A stretch of DNA of 64,000 nt from positions 675,751 through 739,750 of the forward strand of contig NW_003314339.1 of assembly GCF_000143415.4 (NCBI RefSeq), read 5' to 3'. The DNA is from Selaginella moellendorffii (Eukaryota; Plantae; Lycopodiophyta). The translations under genes and the position numbers were made by a program. Below are positions 1 to 10,000 of the stretch, piece by piece (positions within the stretch are counted from its first letter, which is position 1; each line of letters begins with the position of its first letter). The notes under the pieces are model-generated. The model was not told the origin of the DNA. It saw only the letters and a list, made by a program, of their open reading frames with translations, and ran no database searches.

Positions 1-501
1 ATGGAAGGTCTTTGAGGTACCGCTTCTCTTCCACACCCACAAGGCAGCTGCGAGAGCTCGAGTAGAGGCCAAATACCTGTCCCGCGAAGCCCAGGCCCTT
101 GCTGAAAACAAATCCATTCGGCTTGGCCGGCCTGGATTTCTCCTCGGTGTGTGCTCCGTGTGTGCTCGTGGAGCTCCCCAGATTGTGGAGTGTGACCAAT
201 GGTACCAGGCTCTTGCTGTCCGCTCCAAGAGCGCTGGCGAGCTGGAAGAGACCATCCCGACGCTCTAGCCAAAACAAGAAGCTTCATGAGAGACAGCGAT
301 GGAGCTCCAACAATACCTACGATGGTGGTGAAAATCCATCGCTGCATTGAGCACGGAGCACAGCGCGCCTCCAATGCATACCTTGCGGCAGCGGCCCTGC
401 TGCGCCGTGGGGACGGGAATCCACCACAGCTCCTCCTCCTCCTCCTCGTCCAGCAGAATCGCCATAGCCAAGTTCCCTAGTGAGGCTAGGGTTTCCAGCA
501 A

Positions 502-1784
502 ATGAAGCGCAAGGCGGAGGGAATTGCCCTGCTCTCGCTCTACAACGACGAAGACGAGGACGACGATGGAGAGGAGGAGGAGGGCAAGGAGGCTGCCGCC
601 ATTGTGGATTACGCGCACGACGAGGCGACAGAGGTGGAGGTGAGTGGTGGCATGGGTTCCAAGGCAGTGAGTTGCTCTGTTTTTTGCGCTAGGCCGCGGA
701 GCTAGGAGTTTCGAAAGAAGAAGGAGAAGAAGAAGCTGGCGGCGCCACCGCCACCGCTGTGGCTCCGCCAGATCCAAATTCCTTTCCTCCAGAGCACCGA
801 CAACAAGTCACGCCGCAACAAGAAGAGCTCGTGTGTCTCGACGAGAGCTTAGTCGCAGATTTTCTTCCATCTCCACCAACATGCAAGTGTTCTGACGAGC
901 TACAGGTGGGTGTCTCCCTCTTTTTTCCTTCTCCTTTACGTGTTTCATCGTAGTTTTGCAGGACAAGTTCACCTGGTTCTTGTCGCTCAAAGATGCTGGC
1001 AGGAGTTTCAACGACGAGCTCCGAAACTCGAAAGGCTACCGGAATCCCGACTTCTTGCACCGTGCTGTAATCCACCAGGGCGTGGATCAGCTCGGGAGCT
1101 GCTTCAAGAAGGAGATATTTGATCCACATGGCTATGATCCCGAGGACTTCTATGACGCTCTCGGTAAGTATGCGTGCGCTCTCGGTACCTCGATCCTGAC
1201 CCGAGTCTTCTCTTCTAGCACTCGAGCAGAAACGGGAATTCGACCGTAGAGACATGGAGAGGAAGCAGAACCAGAAGCTGGAGTTTGTGCGAGCGAACAC
1301 TCTCGCTGCCGCCGCGAAGATGATGCAGCAGAAAGGTCTGTGGTACGTGTGGCACACAAGTTTGTGGTTTCTGATGGTGCAAAGCTTGTAGTAAACGTTA
1401 ACGCATCAATACCATCCTTGAACGAGGCGGCTGCTGCGGCTGCTCCAAAGCCTGAAAGCAGGACCAACAAGAAAAGCAAGTGGGATAAGGTGAGACTTTC
1501 TTTCTCGTTTCATGCCTTTCATTTTGCGTATTGTGTCGCCAATAGGTTGAGCCCGACTCTCGGAGCATTGGCGGTGCATCGTTGAGTAGCCAGAACGCTC
1601 TGGCCGCGGCTCTGGTGTCCGCAAATGCAGCTGCTCTGAATTTCGCGTACGTCTTTACGCTGGCTTTGAGTCTTGTGATTGATTGATTGATTGATGTGTT
1701 TCCAGACAAGCAGCTCAGGCTATCCAGGGGGTCCAGCAACACAAGCGGAAGGACGAGGACAGGCACGGCAAAAACCTCCGCTGA
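502..1784 (+). CDS. SAP30BP: SAP30-binding protein (HCNGP family)-like, multi-exon
   Basis: Spliced frame MKRKAEGIALLSLYNDEDE...FLPSPPTCKCSDELQ|DKF...RSFNDELRNSKGYRNPDFL...GVDQLGSCFKKEIFDPHGYDPEDFYD...KKSKWDK. GT-AG introns at 640-692, 906-961, 1164-1218 and further 3'; stop TGA 1782-1784. Confidence 0.85.
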
Positions 1785-1834
1785 ACCTTCAAACGGAGAA
1801 GGGAATATTTAGGAATGTTCTTTTATCAAGAGAA

Positions 1835-2748
1835 ATGGAGGCCAAGGGTTTAGGGTTTAGGGTTAGGGCTGCTGCAAATAGGATGGAGACGAGAGTTTTC
1901 CCAAGTCGAGCTTATGCATGGCGTCTGAGCTTTGAGGGTGTGATGCCACAAGAGTGGTGGGATGGATTTGCAACAAAAGCTGAGATGTACAACTCACTTG
2001 GTCGACGTATAAAGGCCAGGCAACTCAGAACAAAAGATGTGGCACCAGGAATTGATAAGCAAGTTCTTGTCGAGTTGGGTCTGTTGGAAGAAGCGAACGC
2101 TGACAAGCTCACGAAGTGGGGCTATCGAAAGCTGGTCAGGGAGTTCAATGGAGACTTCAAGTCGGCAAAGGCTCTATTGATCGACTTCTCCATGACCACC
2201 AAAGAGCTTGCTAGCTTATCAGCTCTAGAGATGCAGGAGAAGCTTGGGCAGTGCCTGAGGTCAAAGGGGATTGAGGGTGACGGGTTCGAAAAGGTTTTGA
2301 CGGTTAAGAGCTGGGTCACATATCATAACCCAGCTGTTGGCAATTTGCTTCCGGCGTCCAGAACCTGCCGTGAAGAAGATGTCGAGGGCGAGGTTGTGAA
2401 CATTGTTAAAATAGACAAGTCCATTATCAACAAGATCGATGCTGCCAGCACAAAGGAGACTGCTAATGAAGAAGATGTAAGTTTCTATTTCTTCTTTCCA
2501 ATTGTCACGAATGACACTGCAGAAGCCTCCTGAGGAGAACAAGAGTGAAGAGAACAACAGCGTGGAGGTGCCCAAGAAAAGAAAAGATGTAAGTTTCTAT
2601 TTCTTCTTTCCAATTGTCACGAATGACACTGCAGAAGCCTCCTGAGGAGAACAAGAGTGAGGTGCCCAAGAAAAGAAAAGGAGAGAAAAAGGCCAACAGA
2701 ACAAGGAAGAAGAAAAAGATCGAAATACATCTTAAAATTTATGTCTAA
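1835..2748 (+). CDS. Uncharacterised protein with Lys-rich tail, 3 exons
   Basis: Long open frame from ATG 1835 (or ~1882). Two identical 46-nt GT-AG introns at 2477-2522 and 2589-2634; spliced frame ends at TAA 2746-2748. No family recognised. Confidence 0.55.
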
Positions 2749-2785
2749 AAACTAAATGAATCCTCCTATAATTAAATAGTTTTTG

Positions 2786-2915
2786 CCACGTCATTGAGCT
2801 CAGCCAATCAGCACGGTTCACGAGGATCGTGCTTTCTAAAACACATCGTGCCCGTGCGTTTCGTAAGAAGTGATCGGGACCGTCGGGAGCAAACACGTGA
2901 GTGCTAATATAAATA
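2786..2915 (+). promoter_or_regulatory. Histone H3 promoter elements
   Basis: CCACGTCA (contains the ACGTCA hexamer) at 2786-2793, CCAAT at ~2804, TATAAATA at 2908-2915, all upstream of the H3 ATG. Confidence 0.5.
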
Positions 2916-2935
2916 GTGCCAGTCCTAGGGCTTGA

Positions 2936-3558
<623 letters not shown>

Positions 3559-3624
3559 GAGGAATCGAATTCACCCACTTTAGGTTGTCTAGAATCGTTG
3601 TCTAGCCGTGTAATATATCTCCGC

Positions 3625-4790
3625 CTAAACTTTTCCCTCGTTAATGGCTGCTCTTAATTTGTTGAAGTCAGTAAAAGGAGCTTTAAGGTTACTGTGCAAA
3701 TTTGTCATCTTGATAGAAAAGCTAATATGTTCACCCCATGAACAAAATTCTCTTCTTGGTAAACCCTGAGAGGAAGAGCTTCTCGGTTGACGTTGTCGAA
3801 TTGGCATGGTTTTTTGATCAATATAAAAATCGATCTTTGCACCTCTCAACTCCATGAATTTGTAATCCTCAGTCACCTTCAAATCTCTGACAAGAACTAC
3901 AACTGTACCATTTCGTGAAGATTCTGGAAACAACGCCAGCGCTCCCAAACCCGAGAGCCACTACTACGCTTTGCAATGGCAGCACCTGGAGGCGCGATCA
4001 CTGCTCTCCTCTTCAATCTTCATCAAGTACGGGCATCTCCCGACCACAAAGATATGTTTTATGCTTGCATCAAGCTGCTTAGCTAGAACCTTGTCCACCT
4101 TGGTGTCAAAGATGACCCTCAGTTCTTTGCTAAGCTTGATCTCATAGTACTTCCAGCTGCTCATCCAACTTCTTCCACGCCTTAGAGAGCTTTCGGGTGG
4201 TTTCAAACACCTTGACTTCAGCTGGTGAGCTGCTCTTCCCAAGTGACCCCAGTCACCACCTTGTGAGCTCATGGATCATCAAAGTTTTCCAAGCACCCAA
4301 TCTTTCTCTTGAGCAAATCCAGGAAGTTCTTGTCAACATATGTTCCACCTACTACACCCTTGCACAAGATTGCCACGTCTTTGAGCGTTAGGACGATCTT
4401 GAGCAGGAATGAACTCGTATCGGGAGCTGGAGCAATGCTTCCCCTTCACGATCCCTGCCATCTTTTCCATCTTGCTTTTGGAAACGTCGCTCCAGAGAGA
4501 CACCATCCTCCTGGAGTAGACTCGATCCATACATTTATCGGAGATGCTTGCCAACGAACTCGGAGATGGTAAATCACCAAGCTTCTCCACCGAGAGCCAA
4601 TCTGGATTCTTTTCGAGCATGGGCTTGAACTTGGTCACGAAGAAACCCGGGACCAGTGAAGCCTGGAGAGCTTTGAGTAGGCTTTGAGCGTGCTCCATCC
4701 CCAAGCAAGAAGCCCTCTGGCTGGAGAGTAGAACAAGCTGGTTGCGTCTTGGAGTCAGAGTAGGGCCTGCTTGCATCCTCCAGTTGTAGA
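3625..4790 (-). pseudogene. Degenerate coding remnant, unidentified
   Basis: Collinear minus-strand ORF pieces (4333-4776, 3964-4272, 3625-3948) in one frame separated by stops; no motif recognised. Confidence 0.25.
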
Positions 4791-5221
4791 AGCTTTGCAG
4801 ATCAGAGTGATGCGCAAATGAGAATGTAGTCCCAAAAGCCAGGCCCGGCTATCACCTTCGATTCAGTAGAAGCCATAGCTGATCACGACCACTTCCGCCA
4901 AGTAGCCAACACAAACACCAAGGTATAGAGAAATTTAATGCAGGAGACTGATTCATACAAGAAATTGAAGCGCGTGTCCATACTCATCGTGGCAGTGGAT
5001 TTGTCTGGCTCCGACGTCATCATGGCACGAAGGCTACTTTCAGCTTGTGGAGCCACCGTTGGAAAAGGAAAATCAGCTTGTACCGTTATGACACCTTGAC
5101 CAGAACTTTGAAAGCCTTTCACAGCTGATACCGTTAAGAGTTTTGGGTAGCAGAAGTATTGTAGATTGGATCCTAAACATATTCTTTTTTCATAGTATCT
5201 TCAAAACAATCCCTCATCTGT

Positions 5222-5735
5222 CTAAACTAAACATGGCATGGTAGCTGAATCCCTTTGTGCTAACCTTTTATAAGGTGTTTCTGAAAGAAAATAAAAACCA
5301 AAAAAGGAAACGCCTGGCTGTATATGAGGATTACAAAAGCACCTTGAAAGTGTTACCTGGTTGAGTCTGTAACCAGGTGCCTGGATACGGAAGATCTGTA
5401 ACTGCGTCTGATGTGCATAGCTTTGCCTTGTCAATCTTTGGTGCCAGCCGGCCGAAAGAATGCCAGGTTGGAAACCAGTGATGATTTTTTCGTGCTTCTA
5501 ACAACAGTAATTGTGTACTAAGGTGAGTTTGGATTTCCTCTATTCCTATGGATCCTGGATCAAGCACTGTTTGCAGGAGCTCTACTCTCTTGACAAAATG
5601 AACTCCCAAAATGTTCCATCTTGTGATCTTGTCACTAGAGAGTGGCATCTCCTTGGCCAGGCTTCTGCCTAAGCATGCCTGTTGCCTACAGACTTTGTTG
5701 TATAGACACCAGCTTTGCCCATATGAAAAGCGCAA
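5222..5735 (-). pseudogene. tRNA adenosine deaminase (TAD1/ADAT1)-like gene fragment
   Basis: Frameshifted motifs GAKLV...TGMLRQKPGQGDATL/SDKITRWNILGV resemble the ADAT1 G..RxKPGRG..T.S.SCSDKIARWNVLG block. Confidence 0.6.
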
Positions 5736-5744
5736 TTGACAAAG

Positions 5745-6220
5745 TCAGACTAGAATTGGAGGCCAATTTTAATGCATAATACACTTTATAAGATCATAGC
5801 TAAGGCTTTGGCTAAAATATTAAGATCAATTCTCCTAACAATACATGATACTCAGAATGGCTTTGTAGAAGGGAGACAGTTGGTAGATAACATATTGACA
5901 GTGTTGCTAACTCAAGAATAAGTTAAGTATTGAGGTTTGCAGATTTTGAGAAAACATATGATATAGTGGATTGGGAGTTCTTACAATTAAGAATGGAAAA
6001 AAATTGGAATTCTGGATAAATTCATAAGATGGATTGCACTCTCTATTATGATGCAACAAGCAAAGTCACAATAAATGGGACAGTTGGCAATACAATTAAG
6101 TTACAATGATCAGTAAGACAAGGGTGTCCATTGGCTCCTTTTTGTTCGTATTTGTGGCTGATACTTTAGCACACTATCTAACCAGACTAGAAGGGCCGGA
6201 AGGGATGGTGTTGCTTGGGT
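5745..6220 (+). mobile_element. Degenerate LINE (L1-type) reverse transcriptase fragment
   Basis: Motifs NWRPI...YKIIAKALA...QNGFVEGRQLVDNI, DFEKTYDIVDWEFL and SVRQGCPLAP, with stops and frameshifts. Confidence 0.85.
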
Positions 6221-6328
6221 ATTAGGACTCATTGCAAGATACAGCTGCAATGGTAGAAAACCAGTTGAATTCTAGTGCCTTTGTAGGTGACACTAGAATA
6301 GTAGCAAAAGGAATCTTGGAAAACATGA

Positions 6329-6448
6329 ATGGGCTCTCACCCTCTCTGGCGTCCCGTTCCAAAGGACTTAAACCCGGTCTGCTGTAGAGGATCCTTCTCC
6401 AGACTACAATTTGGGGTGCAGAGACACCCCGATTTCCAAGCTGGGCTC
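6329..6448 (-). rRNA. 26S rRNA pseudogene, 5' region (left of the LTR insertion)
   Basis: Reverse complement reads GAGCCCAGCTTGGAAATCGG...TTGTAGTCTGGAGAAG...GCCAGAGAGGGTGAGAGCCC and continues at 14131. Confidence 0.85.
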
Positions 6449-7066
6449 TGTGAGACACAAAATCCCTAGGCCCCAAAGTGGAGCCGGAAGGGCGCCACGT
6501 GGTAGTGGCCGAAGCGAGAGCCAAACGAGCGTAACACGTTTGGACCAAAAGCTCCGACTTGAAAAGTCAAGAGCGGGAGTGGAACTCCCAACGAAGTGCT
6601 CGAGGAACGAACACGAAGCGAGCAAAAAGCGAGGCTCCAAAAAAGGGACCCAAAAGGACCAAAACATGACACGTGGAAGTGTCCGAGATGGACCCGAGTT
6701 GGAGTCCGAAGTGGAGTCCGAGATGGACCCGAGTTGGAGTCCGAAATGGAGTCCGAGATGGACCCGAGTTGGAGTCCGAAATGGAGTCCGAGATGGACCC
6801 GAGATGGAGTCCGAGATGGAGTCCGAGATGGACCCGAGATGGAGTCCGAGATGGAGTCCGAGATGGAGTCCGAGGTGGACCCGAGATGGACCCGAAATGG
6901 AGTCCGAGATGGAGTCCGAGATGGACCCGAGATGGAGTCCAAGATGGAGTCCGAGATGGACCCGAGATGGAGTCCGAGATGGACCCGAGATGGAGTCCGA
7001 GATGGAGTCCGAGATGGAGTCCGAGATGGAGTCCGAGATGGAGTCCGAAGTCGAGACCGAGACCGG

Positions 7067-7098
<32 letters not shown>

Positions 7099-10000
7099 TC
7101 GGGACCGAGACCGAGACCGAGGCCGAGGCCGAGACCGAGCCCGAGCCCGAGTCCGAGTCCGAGTCCGAGTCCGAGTCCGAGTCCGAGTCCGAGTCCGAGT
7201 CCGAGTCCGAGTCCGAGTCCGAGTCCGAGTCCGGAGCCTGAGAGGGTGAAAGCCCAAAGCGTTCGTCTCCCAGACCCTGGGGGGTTTGGTGAGCTCCAAA
7301 AGTATAGTAGGGGGAGGACTGCAGTGGAGCCAGTTTGGCCAGGAAAGGCCAGTTTGGCCCAGGAAGGCCGGACCCAGTGCTGGGTGATGAGCTGCCCACT
7401 GGGAAGTCCAAGACTAGAGTGAACACAGACCGACAAGCGGGGTAGCTTGGTGTAGTGTTCAAGAGCCGGCTCTAGTTCCCCCGGGAGATCGACTGGCCGA
7501 TGCTCCTAGTCCAAGTGTGGGTGGCACTACCTACTTGGATACCTTGTGTGGCTCAACGGAACCCGCTCTAAGCCCATGGCTAGAGCACCCAAGGGCAGAA
7601 GGCGAGGAGAGTACCCAGGTGGCTCGCATAAGGCCACGGTGTTCCGAAATGTTGTCCCAAAGGCCCAGACTGTGGAAAGGAAGAGGAGCAGTCCTCTGGG
7701 GTAGTGACCAAGGACACAATCGTGTGGTGAGGAAGTCCCAGAGGACCGTGGGACTTAGTGGTCGGGCCTGTGGGTCTCGATCCAGTGGCAGTGTTGGCAA
7801 ACACGGCCAAGGGCAGAAAGGGACTTAGTGGGGACTGACAGAGGGATATTGGGGAAGGCTATTCCCCTTGTCGGTGGGCATCCTAAGGATGCTAAGGAGT
7901 GGATCTGAGATCACCACTCACGGATGGTTTGCCTAGTCTTGGAGAGCCAAGACGGTGATGCAAGTGGTATTGGACTACCAGTGTGGCAAAGGTGATTGGG
8001 CATGGCCTTAGCGTAACAGGCTGCTATGTCGGTGGTACCTTTGAGTGTCGGTCATGGGATCGGACACGTGGAGCACTTGGACCAAGTGCAAATGTTGAGT
8101 GGCATGGATGCCATTCTCGGGGCTAGCAAGTCCCAAGTCCTGGATTGGACTTATGGAGGTTGTGAATAAGACTCCTCCAAGTGGTCAGAGGTGTGGTTAA
8201 GTGACTAAAGTAGAATGGAAAATTTAGTCGCTTACAACTTGGTATCGGAGCTGTTCCTTAGTCCGACTTTTATTGGTGCTCAAGTATATCACCACTAGTG
8301 TTGGCATCGGAAGGTCCGAGGAGTGGGCCTATCCTTGAGGAGTAGCAAGTCGGGAAGACATAGCTCTCCATTACAGTTCATGTGTGAACTTGTAGACGAG
8401 GTGGTGGATAGAAAAGGGCCAATAATGGAACGACTTTGGGATCTTGGGAACAGTATATGGTTTTCCTCAAAGAGTTGAGGATGTGATCCAGATGAGCGTT
8501 TGACTTAGCAAACTGGCTAATGTAGTTGTGGTAAACAACTACAGTTGGGATCACGGGAAAGATAAAGACTCCAAAACAATAAAGGAGTCACAAGATTATC
8601 CTCATATAGTTGAGGTTGGTGCTCATGAATGTGAGACCAAAAGTAATGACCGTGGGAGGTCAAATACGGAAGAGGACTCAAGTCCTTGAAATGGTAGCCG
8701 GGGCTACCTTTAATAAATGCTGGAACAACCCAAGGAGTTGGGGGGTGTACTTAGAGATGAGTTGGTATTCTCATCACATGGACAAGTAGTCCTAAGGGGC
8801 AAAGGTTGCCCCCAGAGAACAAAAGCAAGTGTTAGAGTAACACTTGTGAAAATAGTCCTTTTGAGTAGGACAGGAATGCAAGAAGTGTATTCCAGTGAGC
8901 TAGTGCCTCACAAGTAGGACCTTATGGGTCTGTGGGTTAACCAAGTCCAAAACTGCTAGACGACTCAACTAGAGTCAAGAAATGGTCCTAAAAGGACTGA
9001 TGGAAGCATTTGGACTGAGGTGTGTTGTACCCCACAAAGGATGGGGGGGGGATCATAGGATCCAAGGATGAGAACAGAGGGTATCTCATCGATGGCAAAA
9101 TGTGCCATGCTAAAGTCGTGGGAAAGGTGTTCCCAAAAAGAAAACAACTTTGACACAAAGTTGTGTGTGACCTCTATGGTGCAGTGCTAACAGATGGTTG
9201 GCATGAGAAAGAGTGGTATTGGTCTTGGCAAAGACTTAGACACAAAGAAGAAGTGTCATAGAGGTAGGCTCGTTAAGCCGATGGTGTGGAGACACCAAAT
9301 GTGCCAAGGTATGATACCTTGAGGCTATGTTGGTGGGTTCATGAGAACCACTTGCCAAAGGAATCCCAATAGAAATGGGAATGGCATAGCCTAAGCTGTA
9401 GAGCATGCAGTTGGAGTGTGGTGACCCAGATAATGATGGAGGTGTGGAAGCACCAGCAATGAATTGTAGGACTTGACAACTACAAGGCAACTAAGCAAGA
9501 GGTGCAAAATAATTGGTTAAACGGGTAGAAGGTAGCTACCCAAGCCTTCTTAATGGCATAGGGAAGTTGGATATACCCTTACTAGGGATAAGTTGCTTAT
9601 GTTGCGATATAGTAAGTCAATGTCATAAAAGGAAATACTCATTGTCAAGGAAGCCGTCATTGGAACACCCGAACACTCTAGAACACCAGGAGGTGGTGTT
9701 TGATGTCGCGAGGGCAATGGATAAAGCCCAAGGGACTAAGTCCCTAGCGAATGATGGATAGAAGGTGCTATCCAAATGTCCAAGGTTGCGGAGACAGGAG
9801 AGGACTGTCTACCCAAGTTGGACAAAGCCAAAAATGGAATTTTGGCAAGGCTAGTGATGGGCATGTAAAGGCCCATAAGCAACAATGTAATCCCAGTGTG
9901 TGGGATTATAAGGTGAGCATACCCGGATTGAGGAACCACTCCCTGGGCTATTGGGTAGGTTCATCCCTAAGAATACTTGCTAAGGCATGATAGAAAGTGC

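Noticed and set aside
1-465. Divergent minus-strand gene starting at ATG 465
   Set aside because: Splice-like sites exist, but I could not build a convincing frame or recognise a family.
1845-1868. Interstitial telomere (TTTAGGG x3)
   Set aside because: Too short; more consistent with a telo-box near a gene start.
6404-7462. Long ORFs with SD/RT/GL/ES dipeptide runs (also 12.3-13.4, 37.4-38.6 and 43.2-44.0 kb)
   Set aside because: They are by-products of stop-free hexamer and 12-mer repeats inside LTRs, open in nearly all frames.
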